Positions 39,120 through 49,330 are shown, counted from the first letter of the stretch. The stretch is 64,000 bases of DNA from an uncultured Chloroflexota bacterium (GCA_937120965.1 CAKZKA010000267.1:1556-65555); one strand, 5' to 3'. Notes: generated by a model not told the origin, from the letters alone. A program made the numbers and translations.

Positions 39120-39148
39120 TTGCAAGGCGCCGCCGGACGTGGTATTGT
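39120..39148 (+). promoter_or_regulatory. Sigma70-like promoter candidate (TTGCAA-17-TATTGT) upstream of the prpE-like/acs pair
   Basis: Hexamers at 39120-39125 and 39143-39148, 70 nt upstream of the ATG at 39218. Confidence 0.35.
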
Positions 39149-39217
39149 GTCGCCACCGCAGGGTGAGCTGTTATTTCATCGTATCCGCACCAGATCCTCA
39201 GAGAGGAGGCTTCCACT

Positions 39218-41116
39218 ATGGGCTATGCGGAGATGCACCGTCGTTCGATCGAGGACCCGCAGGGCTTCTGGGGCGAGCTTGCCGAAGAACTCCACTGGTA
39301 CAAGAAGTGGGACAGCGTGCTCGACGACAGCAAGGCGCCGTTCTACCGCTGGTTTGTGGGCGGGGAGACGAACCTGTGCTACAACGCGGTTGACCGGCAC
39401 GCCCTGGGCGCGCGTCGCGGCCAGGCAGCGCTGATCTGGGAGAGCCCCGAGGTTGGTCAGTCGCGCACCCTCACGTATTTCGAGTTGTACCGGGAGGTGA
39501 ACAGGCTTGCCGCAGCGTTCCAGCGGCTCGGCGTACAAAAGGGCGACCGGGTGATCATCTACATGCCGATGGTGCCCGAAGCGGTCTTTGCCATGCTGGC
39601 CTGTGTGCGTCTCGGCGCGGTGCACTCCGTCGTGTTCGGCGGGTTTTCCATCGCCTCGCTGGCCTCGCGCATTGACGACGCTGAGCCGGTGCTGATCGTC
39701 ACCGCCGACGCCGGGATGCGCAAGGGGCTGCCGGTGCACCTGAAAGAGATTGTGGACCGGGCGCTGGAAGCCGCCGAGAAGCCGAGCGTGCGCCACGTGC
39801 TGGTGCTGAACCGCGGTCTGGTCAACATCGAGCTGCAAGAAGGTCGCGATCTGGACTGGGCCGAGCAGATCAAGGAGTCGGGTTCGACCTATGTCGAGCC
39901 GGTGCGGGTGGCCTCTACCGATCCGTCGTACATTCTCTACACCTCCGGCACTACCGGCAAACCCAAGGGCGTTGTGCGCGACACCGGCGGCTACATGGTG
40001 GCCCTCCACGCCTCGATGAGCCAGATTTACAACTGCGGCGACGGTGACGTGTACTGGTCCACTTCCGACATCGGCTGGGTCGTGGGGCACAGCTACATTG
40101 TCTACGGCCCGCTGCTCAAAGGGGTGCCGACGGTCGTCTACGAGGGACGCCCCGACCACCCTGATCCGGGGGTCTGGTGGCGGGTGATCGAGAAGTACGG
40201 CGTGACCCATGTCTTTACGGCGCCGACGGCGCTGCGGGCGCTGCGGAAGTTCCCCGAGCACTGGATGCAGAGCGCCGATATTAGCTCGCTGAAGATCCTC
40301 TTTGCCGCTGGCGAGCCGCTTGACGCGCCCACCTATGAGTGGGCCAGGTCGGCGCTGAACGTGCCGGTGATTGACCACTACTGGCAGACCGAGAGTGGCT
40401 GGAGCATGCTCACCAACCCGGTCGGTGTAGAGTTGTTGCCGGTCAAGGCCGGCTCGCCGACCATGCCGGCCTTCGGCCACAAGCTCGAAGTGGTGGATGC
40501 CGATGGCAACGCCCTGCCGCGCGGCGAGAAGGGCTTTCTGGTGGATCACGGCCCGTTGCCTCCCGGGATGCTGATGACGCTCTGGAACGACGACGAGCGC
40601 TACATTCAGAGCTACTGGAGCCATTTTAAGGGCAAACTGCTCTACATGACCGGCGACTACGCCATTCAGGACGCCGATGGCTACTTCTGGATGCTGGGTC
40701 GCGCCGACGAGGTGCTCAATGTCTCCGGCCACCGCCTCGGCACCCGCGAGATCGAGGAGGTGATCTCCGGCCACCCGGCAGTGGCCGAAGCCGCGGTGAT
40801 CGGCGTGCGCCACGAACTCAAGGGCGAAGGCGTGCTGGTCGTCGCCGTGCTCAAGCAGCATATCGCCCCTGCCGATCAGGACAGCGTCGCGCGCAGCATC
40901 ACCACGCTGGTGCGTGATAGCATCGGCCCCATCGCTACCCCCGACGCGATCCACTTCGTGAGCATGCTGCCCAAGACCCGCTCGGGCAAAATTATGCGCC
41001 GGGTTATCCGCGCCGTCTACCAGGGTGACAATATCGGCGATCTGAGCACCATCGAGGACGACGCCACCGTGGATATGGTGCGCGAGGCCATTGATGTGCT
41101 CAAGGGCGATCTGTAG
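39218..41116 (+). CDS. prpE: Propionate-CoA ligase-like acyl-CoA synthetase
   Basis: 632 aa with an N-terminus of PrpE type: RSIEDPQGFWGELAEELHWYKKWDSVLDDSKAPFYRWFVGGETNLCYNAVDRH. AMP-binding motif YTSGTTGKPKGV. C-terminal PKTRSGKIMRR. Confidence 0.7.
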   Translation: MGYAEMHRRSIEDPQGFWGELAEELHWYKKWDSVLDDSKAPFYRWFVGGETNLCYNAVDRHALGARRGQAALIWESPEVGQSRTLTYFELYREVNRLAAAFQRLGVQKGDRVIIYMPMVPEAVFAMLACVRLGAVHSVVFGGFSIASLASRIDDAEPVLIVTADAGMRKGLPVHLKEIVDRALEAAEKPSVRHVLVLNRGLVNIELQEGRDLDWAEQIKESGSTYVEPVRVASTDPSYILYTSGTTGKPKGVVRDTGGYMVALHASMSQIYNCGDGDVYWSTSDIGWVVGHSYIVYGPLLKGVPTVVYEGRPDHPDPGVWWRVIEKYGVTHVFTAPTALRALRKFPEHWMQSADISSLKILFAAGEPLDAPTYEWARSALNVPVIDHYWQTESGWSMLTNPVGVELLPVKAGSPTMPAFGHKLEVVDADGNALPRGEKGFLVDHGPLPPGMLMTLWNDDERYIQSYWSHFKGKLLYMTGDYAIQDADGYFWMLGRADEVLNVSGHRLGTREIEEVISGHPAVAEAAVIGVRHELKGEGVLVVAVLKQHIAPADQDSVARSITTLVRDSIGPIATPDAIHFVSMLPKTRSGKIMRRVIRAVYQGDNIGDLSTIEDDATVDMVREAIDVLKGDL

Positions 41117-41142
41117 TGTCAGTGGAACAAGGAGGTTATCCA

Positions 41143-43077
41143 ATGGCCGAGATCCGCGACGTTGCGCTGCCCAACACCTCGGACGTGTATCGGCCCAGCG
41201 ACGCTATCGTCGAGAACTCGAATGTGATGGCGTATGCGCGCTCCAGGGGCTTCAGCAGCTACGAGGAACTCTACCAGTGGACGCTCGATAACAATGAGCA
41301 GTTCTGGGCAGACATGGCCTCTGAGCTGGAGTGGTTCCAGCCCTGGGAGAAGGTGCTCGACGATAGTAACAAGCCCTTCTTCAAGTGGTTCGTTGGCGGG
41401 AAGACCAACATCGTTCACAACGCCATCGATCGCCATGCGTCGTCCTGGCGCAAAAACAAGCTGGCCATGGTCTGGGAAGGCGAAGACGGCACCCAGCGCA
41501 CATTCTCCTACCACGCGCTGAACCGCGAGGTCAGCAAGATGGCGAATGTGCTCAAGAGCGTCGGCGTGAAGAAGGGCGACATCGTCACGATCTATTTGCC
41601 GCGCATTCCCGAACTGCCGATGATGATGCTGGCATGCGCCAAGATCGGCGCGGCGCACTCGGTGGTCTACGGTGGCTTCTCCGAGGCGGCTCTGGCCGAC
41701 CGCCTGGCCGATGCACACAGTAAGGTGCTGGTCACTGCCGATGGCGGCTTTATGCGCGGCAAGATCGTCGAACTGAAGAAGATCGCCGATGAGGCCATGG
41801 CGCGCACCCCGTCGGTGCAGACCTGCCTGGTGATCAAGCGTACCGGTCATAACGTGGGCATGGAACTGGGCCGCGACCTCTGGCTCCACGAGTTGATGAG
41901 CCTGCCCATCGCTGCCACCGATTGCCCAACCGAGGTGATGGACGCTGAGGATCCGCTGTTCATCCTGTACACTTCGGGAACCACCGGCAAGCCCAAGGGG
42001 GTGGTACACACCCATGGCGGTTACATGGTGGGCATCTACGCCACCTTGAAGATGGTCTTCGACATTAAGGAAGATGACCGCTACTGGTGCGCGGCTGATC
42101 CGGGCTGGATCACCGGGCACAGCTACATTGTGTACAGCCCGCTGATCATCGGCGCCACGTCGTTTATGTACGAGGGCGCGCCGAACTACCCCTTCCCCGA
42201 CCGCTGGTGGTCGCTGGTGTCGAAGCACTCGATCAGCATCCTCTACACCGCCCCCACCGCGATCCGCGGCCTGATGCGCTTTGGCGAGGCCTGGCCCTCG
42301 CGCCACGACCTGAGCAGCCTGCGCCTGCTCGGCTCGGTGGGCGAGCCGATCAACCCCGAGGCCTGGAAGTGGTTCTACAGCGTCATCGGCAAAGAGCGCT
42401 GCCCGATTATGGATACCTGGTGGCAGACGGAGACCGGCCACTTCATGATCACGCCCACCCCGGTGGTGCCGCTCAAGCCCGGCAGCGCCACCAGGCCCTT
42501 CCTTGGCATCGAGGCCGACGTGGTGCGCGAGGACGGCACGCCCTGTGGCCCGAATGAGGACGGCCTGCTGGTGATCAAGCGCCCCTGGCCGGGAATGATG
42601 CGGACCATCCTCAACGACCCGCAACGCTACGTGGATACCTACTGGACGCGCCTGCCCGGCATGTACGCCGCTGGCGACAGCGCGCGGAAGGACGAGGATG
42701 GCTACATCTGGGTGATCGGGCGCCTGGACGATGTGATCAAGGTGTCAGGCTACCGCCTGGGGACAGCCGAGGTGGAGAGCGCCCTGGTGAGCCATCCGGC
42801 GGTGGCCGAGGCAGCGGCGATTGGCCTGCCCCACGAGGTCAAGGGCAACTCCATCCACGCCTTCGTGATCCTGCGGGCCGGCTTCGAGGGCAGCCCGAAG
42901 CTCGAAGAGGAACTCCGCGCCCACGTGGGCCACGAGCTTGGCCCCATCGCCCGGCCTGATGCCATCACCTTTGTCAGTGTCCTGCCCAAGACCCGCTCGG
43001 GCAAGATCATGCGCCGCGTGCTCAAGGCGCGCGCCCAGGGCCTGCCCGAGGGTGATATCTCCACGCTGGAAGAGTAA
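41143..43077 (+). CDS. acs: Acetyl-CoA synthetase
   Basis: ATG at 41143 after AAGGAGG. FWADMASELEWFQPWEKVLDDSNKPFFKWFVGGKTNIVHNAIDRH, YTSGTTGKPKGVVHTHGGY, PKTRSGKIMRRVLK. Confidence 0.85.
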   Translation: MAEIRDVALPNTSDVYRPSDAIVENSNVMAYARSRGFSSYEELYQWTLDNNEQFWADMASELEWFQPWEKVLDDSNKPFFKWFVGGKTNIVHNAIDRHASSWRKNKLAMVWEGEDGTQRTFSYHALNREVSKMANVLKSVGVKKGDIVTIYLPRIPELPMMMLACAKIGAAHSVVYGGFSEAALADRLADAHSKVLVTADGGFMRGKIVELKKIADEAMARTPSVQTCLVIKRTGHNVGMELGRDLWLHELMSLPIAATDCPTEVMDAEDPLFILYTSGTTGKPKGVVHTHGGYMVGIYATLKMVFDIKEDDRYWCAADPGWITGHSYIVYSPLIIGATSFMYEGAPNYPFPDRWWSLVSKHSISILYTAPTAIRGLMRFGEAWPSRHDLSSLRLLGSVGEPINPEAWKWFYSVIGKERCPIMDTWWQTETGHFMITPTPVVPLKPGSATRPFLGIEADVVREDGTPCGPNEDGLLVIKRPWPGMMRTILNDPQRYVDTYWTRLPGMYAAGDSARKDEDGYIWVIGRLDDVIKVSGYRLGTAEVESALVSHPAVAEAAAIGLPHEVKGNSIHAFVILRAGFEGSPKLEEELRAHVGHELGPIARPDAITFVSVLPKTRSGKIMRRVLKARAQGLPEGDISTLEE

Positions 43078-43118
43078 TGCCGCTGGCCCTCCGCCGGGAG
43101 GGTGAGGAAAGCCGCTTG

Positions 43119-43170
43119 CTCCCCGTTGGGACGAAGGTATCCTTCGCCCAACGGGGAGCGCCGGTTTTTT
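43119..43170 (+). terminator. Rho-independent terminator after acs
   Basis: 12-bp stem CTCCCCGTTGGG / CCCAACGGGGAG (43119-43130 and 43147-43158) with an inner CGAAGG-TAT-CCTTCG hairpin, followed by T6 at 43165-43170. Confidence 0.65.
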
Positions 43171-43337
43171 ATACCAATTCTGCTTGATGGCATCGCACCG
43201 GCTCAGCTCCACAACGGCCTGTGTGGCGATGGAGCGCAGCGGAGATGCGCCGAACAATGCGGTGTCGCCAGCTCTATCTGGTCTGGATGGCGCCGCGGGC
43301 GCACCGGTCTCCGACTCACCCGCGGCGCCGCCTGCGT

Positions 43338-44939
43338 TCACCCCAGACTGACCAGGCACGTCGCCAGTTTGCGCCGATAGGCCGCACCGGAGAGCTTCTC
43401 CCAACGGGCGGGCAGATCGGCGCCCAGGTGGGCGGCCTGCTGCTCGCGCTGCGCCAGGTAGGCTGTCACGGCGGGGCCGGTCTGCGGATCATCGGCGTGG
43501 GGCGCGAGTATGTGCCGGGCCACGCTGATGTCGTTGAGCACCCCCAGGTGATCCTGAAAAGCCATCAGCGGCTTGATGACCTCGTCGGCGTGAGAGCCGA
43601 GGGTCTCGGCGAAGAACTCGAGCACGTAGCGCAGACGCTTGCCGTCAATGCGCATGGCGTGGAGTTCTTCGGCATCGGCGGGCAGGCCGCTGCGATCGTG
43701 GGCGCGCAGGATCTCGTAGTGGCGCCAGATCGTGCTGCCGGCAAGATCGCGCACCCGGGGATGGTTGTCCCAGCCATCGTGTTCGTTCATCAAGGTGGCG
43801 AAATCGCGCAGAAAGGCGGCGTAGGCATCGCTTTCCAGGAAGGCGATCAACGCCGTGAAGGCCGTGCTGCGCTCCTCGCGGAGCCGCTCGATCAGCGCCG
43901 CGACCGCCGGCTGCACCCCGGCTGGCAGCGTGGGCGCCCGCTCCTCCAGGTCGGCCAGCAGCACATCACGGTCGCGGACCGGCCCGGCGACGCCGGCCAG
44001 CCGTCCCAGACCCTTGCTGGAGGCGCGCAGGCCGCCCGGTGTGAAGACGGGGGTCAACAGACGTAAGGTGGCGCGCAGACGGCGCGTGGCGACGCGCAGA
44101 TCGTGGACCGACTCGATTGGCGCATCGGCGCGCACCTCACGCTCGGCCAGGCGCAGGCGACGCAGATGGCGGCGCAGCAGTACCCGGCCCAGTTCAGCCA
44201 GAGGCGCCTCGGGGGCAGCATACCAGGGCTTGAGGAGGGCTACTTCCTCCGCTTCATCCGCGGCCGGCTCCTCAGGCGTGCCGGGCGCTGGCGGAGCCAC
44301 TGCGCCGCCACCCTCCGCTTCATCGGCGGCCGCCGCGTCGGGCGCGCCGGACGGCGGCGGGGCAAGCGTTTCCGTTCCCTCCACCCTGGCGTAAAGCGGC
44401 TCGCCGAAGACCTTCTGCCACAGATCGGCTTTGGCAATTGCGCGCGCCCCATCCTCGGCGGCACAGGGACCGCTGAGGGTCAGCATCAGGCCATCGTCGG
44501 CGGGCGTTACCGCCAGCAAGCGGGTCGTTTGCGACTGGCTGTAATCCAGGCCATCGGCCACGCGCAGGATGGCGGAGAGGCGCAGGGCATCGCGCTGCCC
44601 GCGTCTGCCCAGAGCCAGGTAGGCCGGCTCGAGCTGGGGCCGCACCTTCTTGCGGTGGAAGGCGACCATACAGGCGACGATGGCGCGCTCGCGGGGCGAG
44701 AGTTGTTCGATCCCCTCGTTCAACACAATGTCGCGCCCGACCAGGTGATGCTCGGGTGGGTCGGTTGTCATGCCGACATTGTGGAGCAGGGCGCCGATTT
44801 CAAGCAGGCGACGCTGGGCGGGAAGCAGCTCGTAGCGTTCGACGACGGCGTCGAACAGCTCCAGCGCCAGATCGGCCACCTGGCGTGCGTGAGCCACATC
44901 AACGCGATAGGTGTCGAGAAGTTCGTTCACATCTGGCAT
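43338..44939 (-). CDS. HD (Ppx/GppA C-terminal-like) plus CHAD domain protein
   Basis: ATG at 44939 after AGGAGGA. N-terminus has LEIGALLHNVGM...HHLVGRDIV (HD). An Ala/Pro/Glu-rich linker follows. The C-terminal half has VHDLRVATRRLRATLRL and MRIDGKRLRYVLEFF, typical of CHAD. Confidence 0.7.
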   Translation of the reverse strand: MPDVNELLDTYRVDVAHARQVADLALELFDAVVERYELLPAQRRLLEIGALLHNVGMTTDPPEHHLVGRDIVLNEGIEQLSPRERAIVACMVAFHRKKVRPQLEPAYLALGRRGQRDALRLSAILRVADGLDYSQSQTTRLLAVTPADDGLMLTLSGPCAAEDGARAIAKADLWQKVFGEPLYARVEGTETLAPPPSGAPDAAAADEAEGGGAVAPPAPGTPEEPAADEAEEVALLKPWYAAPEAPLAELGRVLLRRHLRRLRLAEREVRADAPIESVHDLRVATRRLRATLRLLTPVFTPGGLRASSKGLGRLAGVAGPVRDRDVLLADLEERAPTLPAGVQPAVAALIERLREERSTAFTALIAFLESDAYAAFLRDFATLMNEHDGWDNHPRVRDLAGSTIWRHYEILRAHDRSGLPADAEELHAMRIDGKRLRYVLEFFAETLGSHADEVIKPLMAFQDHLGVLNDISVARHILAPHADDPQTGPAVTAYLAQREQQAAHLGADLPARWEKLSGAAYRRKLATCLVSLG

Positions 44940-44964
44940 AGAGCTTCCTCCTGAGTTCAGTATG

Positions 44965-45461
44965 CCGAGGTAAAAATAGGGGAAACCGGGTTTCCCCAGG
45001 CCCCTGCCTGGAGGGGCGCCAGCCGCTCCCACCAGCGGTTGGGAAATGGGGAAACCGGGTTTCCCCACCTGTGGTGAGCTTGCCGAACCACGCCCCTCCC
45101 TGCGGGGAGGCGCCCGGTTCCCTCCCCCAGCGGGGGAGGGCCAGGGAGGGGGCGACCCTCCCAGAGATACCCCTGGTTTCATCGCGGCGTTGTGCGCTCC
45201 GCGCATGGGCGTCTAAGTGAAAATAGGTGGGGAAACCGGGTTTCCCCAGGCCCCTGCCCGGGGGCGGATTTGCACGCTTCTCGCCACGGGGGCAGGGGCA
45301 ACCCCCTCGCCCCACGCCCCTCCTGGCAGGAAGGGTCCGAGCGGGTGTAGCGTGCTCAGGCCCTCCCGTTCAAGAACGCACGGGATGCCGAGGTGCGGAG
45401 ATGAAGGCCATGGTGGGATGCGCAACAGGGGCGTGGTACAGCCGGGATTCCCGTATGTTCA
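44965..45461 (+). repeat. Composite repeat block between the CHAD and CYTH genes
   Basis: Perfect palindromes at 44979-44997, 45048-45066 and 45229-45247. AGCCGCTCCCACCAGCGGTTGG hairpin. GGTGAGCTTGCCGAACC module. About 110-bp GGGGGAGGG module. Degenerate palindrome plus TATGTTCAG at the CYTH stop. Confidence 0.85.
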
Positions 45462-46061
45462 GAGCGTGAGGGCGCGTTCCAGCTTGCTGCGCGGCTCAGG
45501 CGTCAGCGCGACGAGTGCGGCCAGTTCACCAGCCAGGGCGCTGAGATCGGCAGTTGTGCCGGCCTCACACAGTTCAATCTCCACCTCGGTGAAAGGTCGC
45601 TCGCGCGCATTGGCCCGCATCACGCCGCGATCGAGACAGAGCTCGGCAACCGGGGCGCCCTCCCGCGTGATGTGCAGCACGCGCCGCTCGGTGCGGATCG
45701 CCACGCGGGGGAGCAGAGGCGCGCCAGCGGTAAGGGCGAGCGCCAGGTCCCGCGCGACGCCGGGGGGCCAGGTTTCCGGATCCGGATTGGCGCCGGGGAA
45801 CTCGAACTCGGCCCGGCGATGCACCCCGTCATCGCTGACGTCGGCAGGCCCCTTGAGGGTGATCAACGAGCGTTCGCCGGTGCGCCGCACCCGCAGGCCA
45901 TGGCGCGCCGCCGCGAGCCGTCCATCGGCGGTGTCGTAGTAGACGTTTTCTTGCATTTCCGGGACCGGCTCCGGCGTGACCACGTAAGGGCCCAACTGCT
46001 TGAGCGAGGCGAGGGTCTCCAGGTCAGCGCTGCTTACAACGTATTTTGCTTCAATCTCCAT
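45459..46061 (-). CDS. CYTH-domain protein (triphosphate tunnel metalloenzyme)
   Basis: MEIEAKYVV is the ExExK signature. 200 aa. LRVRRTGERSLITLKGP. Confidence 0.75.
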   Translation of the reverse strand: MEIEAKYVVSSADLETLASLKQLGPYVVTPEPVPEMQENVYYDTADGRLAAARHGLRVRRTGERSLITLKGPADVSDDGVHRRAEFEFPGANPDPETWPPGVARDLALALTAGAPLLPRVAIRTERRVLHITREGAPVAELCLDRGVMRANARERPFTEVEIELCEAGTTADLSALAGELAALVALTPEPRSKLERALTL

Positions 46062-46065
46062 TGCT

Positions 46066-46692
46066 TTGTTCGCGGAAACCGGGGTTTCCCGTACTACTCC
46101 CTGCCCGGCGGGAGGGTTGCGAGCGTTCTGTCCTCTTCCAGCCCTCTGCTGGGGGAATGCGCCTGACTCCCTCTCCAGGCGGGGGAGGGTCCGGGAAGGC
46201 GAAGCCCTCCCAGGAGAATCGCTCTTCAGTCATCCATGCGGCTGCGCCGCACAACGACAAGATGAACATGGATTTTTCCTGGGAGGGCGCAGCCCTCCCA
46301 AACCCTCCCCGCTGGCGGGTTGGTTCCTGGGAGGGCTGCGCCCTCTCAAGCCCTCCCGCGGGCAGGCTATTTTCACCTCAGGCACCATTCGCGGGGCGCA
46401 CAACGCCGCGATGACCATAGGGCGTCTTCGGAAGGGCCGCCCCCTCCCTGGCCCTCCCCCGCTGGGGGAGGGAACCGGGCGCCTCCCCGCAGGGAGGGGA
46501 TTGGGGAAACCTGGGTTCCCCGTATGTTCACCTCAGGCGGTCATGCGCATGGCGCACAACGCCGCGATGACCATGGGGCGTCTTTGGGAGGGCCGCCCCC
46601 TCCCTGGCCCTCCCCCGCTAGGGGAGGGAACCGGCCTCCTCCCCGCAGGCAGGGGAATGGGGAAACCCGGTTTCCCCGTATTTTCACCTCAG
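46066..46692 (-). repeat. Composite repeat block including two tandem ~156-bp units
   Basis: Degenerate palindrome at 46072-46090 and two reverse-oriented H units at 46270-46360. Tandem units at 46381-46535 and 46536-46692 each consist of the GGGGGAGGG module, a palindrome (46503-46521 and 46659-46677) and (T)ATGTTCACCTCAG. Confidence 0.85.
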
Positions 46693-46944
46693 TCCTGTCA
46701 TACGGGGCGCGGCCGTAAGAATATCTATCAGGATACCATATTTTCCTGAATCAGGATCGAAACAGCGTTTCCGCGACAGAGCCGTTGCAACGTCGCCGGG
46801 GCAAGCCTCGAACCGGAAACCGCGCGTGGAGGCGGCTACACCGCCTCAAACCCTGGCGTCGGAGGCAGATCTGCAACCGCCCCGGGTTCCGGGAGGGCCG
46901 TGCCCTCCCGGACCAGCTTTTGAAGAACGCGCCGGACGCATGCC

Positions 46945-48663
46945 TCAGCGAGCAGGCGAAGCAGCCCCGGCGAAGGCGCGAAACTGCCCGATCACCCCGT
47001 CCGGATCAGACGCCGCGCGAGTAGTCGCGGTGACGCTGAAGTAGACATCCACCCGCGCGCCACTGGCTTTGCCACGGAAGTGAACTCCGTAGACACCGGG
47101 CAGTGAGTCGGGCTGGATCTGGAGGTCGAGGGGCGGGCTGTAGCCAATGCGCCCCTGGGCATCGGCAACGGGGTTATCGGGGAACAGCACGTAGGTCCCC
47201 GACGGGTCGGTGATCCAGAACTCAAGAGGCTCGCCAGGACGCAGACCTTCGCCGCGGATCTGCACGACACCGCCTGGTCGGGCCTCGGCTGGCGTGGCGC
47301 TGCCGCGATTATTGCCGGGCAGCGGCGTCCCCGGTCCCGCCACAAAATCGCGGGTCAGGCTGAAGGCCGCGGCCACGGTCACGCCACTGTTCCGGCCGCG
47401 GGCCACCGCCGAGTAGATGCCCTCAGGCAGCCCGCTGGTGGCCACGCTAACCTGGGCCGTGGTCCCATCACGGCGCACCCGGGCGGGATCGATGGGCGCG
47501 GAGCGACCGGTCGGCCCGGTGATCCAGGCGCTCACCTCTTCGCCGGACTGGAAGCCGCGAGCCAGGAGGACAAAGGTTGCGCCGGGGGGCGCGGCGACCG
47601 GAATGATGAACCCATCGCCCTGCCGGCCGAGCAAGTCGTGTGCAACGCGGCCCAGTCGGCCGGGATCGCCCGGGGGCGTGACGCGGGTAACGCGGAAGTA
47701 GCCAACCGCCTCGCGCCCGCTACTGACGCCGCGGGCATTGAACGACCAGAGACCTTCGAGCGCATTCTGGGGGGCGGTAAAATTGATATTCTCGCCTTCG
47801 ATTGTACCCCGGTTGTCGGCAGTGGCCTGGAAGCCAGTGCCAAAGGTCGCCTGGTCGGGTGCAGTGACCCAGATCCCCACGCGCTCGCCGGCGAGGAAGC
47901 CGCTGGCGACGAACAGGAAGGTCGTGCCGGGCGGCCCGATCTCCGGGGTTACCCGGGCATTAATGCTGGGCGGGAGCGGCGGGAGCGGGGTCGGCATGGG
48001 CGCCGGAGGTGTGGCAGTGGTACCCGGGGGCGGCGCGGGTGCCTGGCGCTCCGGGGGCGCCAACCGGCGCCCCAGGGTACTGATCAATACCCGGCGTCCC
48101 GGAGGAAACTCAGGCCAGTACTCGAAGCGCGCCTTTTCGAAGTACTGCACGGTGTGCCAGCGACCGCTTTCGAGCTGCTCCTGGATCTCATTGCTGATGG
48201 GGAAGCCGAAAATACGCTCGGCGCCGCGGGTCTCCCAGATCTCCTTGAAGCCGTACTGGATGATGGTCTGAGTCTGAGGAATGTAGCGGCGGTCAGCGGT
48301 ATTCTGGATAGGGGGCGATTTGGGGAAGATCCGCCCCTGCGTGATTTCCAGACCCAGGTTCCCCAGTTCCACCACGGGGGTGCTACCGCCCTGGGCCAGT
48401 TCAAAACGCGCCCGCTCGAACCACTGCGTGATACGACCATTGGGACCGGTAAACTCCTCGGTGATGGGAAAGCCGAAGATCTCAACCCCGCCATTGGCTT
48501 CCCAGAAAACGCGAAAGGCCCCGCGCAGGGTATGCTGGGTCTCGGGGAAGTAGCGCACATCGGATTGGGCCCGGAGCGCGGGTAGGCTCCCCAGCAGCAG
48601 GGCGAGCGCCAGCACCATCCCCGCCAGGAGCGTAGCCAAACGGCGTAGCGGTTGTGCAGCCAT
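46945..48663 (-). CDS. Secreted repeat protein (2 N-terminal FERARFE-type modules, Pro-rich linker, 3 Ig-like ~95-aa repeats)
   Basis: Signal-like MAAQPLRRLATLLAGMVLALALLLGSLPALRAQ. Modules are FPETQHTLRGAF..FGFPITEE..WFERARFEL and IPQTQ..FGFPISNE..YFEKARFEYWP. Three internal repeats have the pattern G..F....GF..GE.V..W.T.P. Confidence 0.6.
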   Translation of the reverse strand: MAAQPLRRLATLLAGMVLALALLLGSLPALRAQSDVRYFPETQHTLRGAFRVFWEANGGVEIFGFPITEEFTGPNGRITQWFERARFELAQGGSTPVVELGNLGLEITQGRIFPKSPPIQNTADRRYIPQTQTIIQYGFKEIWETRGAERIFGFPISNEIQEQLESGRWHTVQYFEKARFEYWPEFPPGRRVLISTLGRRLAPPERQAPAPPPGTTATPPAPMPTPLPPLPPSINARVTPEIGPPGTTFLFVASGFLAGERVGIWVTAPDQATFGTGFQATADNRGTIEGENINFTAPQNALEGLWSFNARGVSSGREAVGYFRVTRVTPPGDPGRLGRVAHDLLGRQGDGFIIPVAAPPGATFVLLARGFQSGEEVSAWITGPTGRSAPIDPARVRRDGTTAQVSVATSGLPEGIYSAVARGRNSGVTVAAAFSLTRDFVAGPGTPLPGNNRGSATPAEARPGGVVQIRGEGLRPGEPLEFWITDPSGTYVLFPDNPVADAQGRIGYSPPLDLQIQPDSLPGVYGVHFRGKASGARVDVYFSVTATTRAASDPDGVIGQFRAFAGAASPAR

Positions 48664-48874
48664 GCGGTCCTCCTTCTATCAGGCGCGGTTCCAGAGACGG
48701 GGGTCAACCGTGGCGGGGGTAGCCCGCAGGCGCGCCCGGGTATCCGCAAGGTGATCCCGTGAAGACCAGCGAGGTGAACCACAGTGTCGCGTGTCACTTT
48801 ACGGGTGATCCGCGATCATGGGCTTTATCATAGTCTTTTTTCATGCGATCTGTCAAGCGTGTATGTAGAGGTGG

Positions 48875-49089
48875 GTGTTCACATTTGGGGTAATACCATT
48901 TTGGATTTTAGATTTTGGATTGTGGATTGCCACGCTGGGCAGCACAACGCCTGAAATCGCTTCAGGCAATGCGGCATCATCAACGGTAATTGGTATAAGG
49001 CGTCAACCCGGGTGCGCGGGCGTCCCGCCTGCAATGGCCTGGAATGCGGGCAAGATGCCCGCGCTCCCAGGAGAAGTGTGAATACGTAC
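48875..49089 (+). repeat. R1 element copy 3, interrupted by a MITE
   Basis: Left part is 48875-48893 and right part 48996-49089. They are collinear with copies 1 and 2 once the 102-bp insertion is removed. Confidence 0.8.
48894..48995 (+). mobile_element. 102-bp MITE, subfamily A, flanked by TAA/TAA, nested inside the R1 element
   Basis: TSD TAA at 48891-48893 and 48996-48998. Removing the element plus one TAA restores GGGGTAAGGCGTCA, the sequence seen in uninterrupted R1 copies at 566-579 and 12517-12530. Confidence 0.85.
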
Positions 49090-49099
49090 ATGTGGAGCC

Positions 49100-49265
49100 C
49101 TCAAGGGCTGACAGGATGCGCACGGGTTTTTTTCCCTGAGAGGGCTGCGCCCGCCCAGACTCCTCCCTCGGAGAGGGGTATGGAGAAATCCGGGTTCCCC
49201 ATACTCTGACATGATAGAGACAGTTTTTTGGGGGAGGGCTTGGCCCTGCCAAACCCTCCCGCGCG
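49100..49265. repeat. Degenerate palindrome and H-like hairpin upstream of comEC
   Basis: GGAGAAATCCGGGTTCCCC (49182-49200), then GGGGGAGGGCTTGGCCCTGCCAAACCCTCCC. Confidence 0.6.
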
Positions 49266-49330
49266 GGGTGCCGTATCCCGGGGCATGTCCAGGCGGTGTA
49301 TGGGACGAGAGGCAGGCTCCGGAGGGAGAG

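Noticed and set aside
43172-43210. TACCAATT immediately after the acs terminator, with partial similarity to the MITE end (TACCAATTNNNNTTGATG).
   Set aside because: Only about 20-35 nt of patchy similarity, with no second end and no TSD. It could be a MITE remnant or chance.
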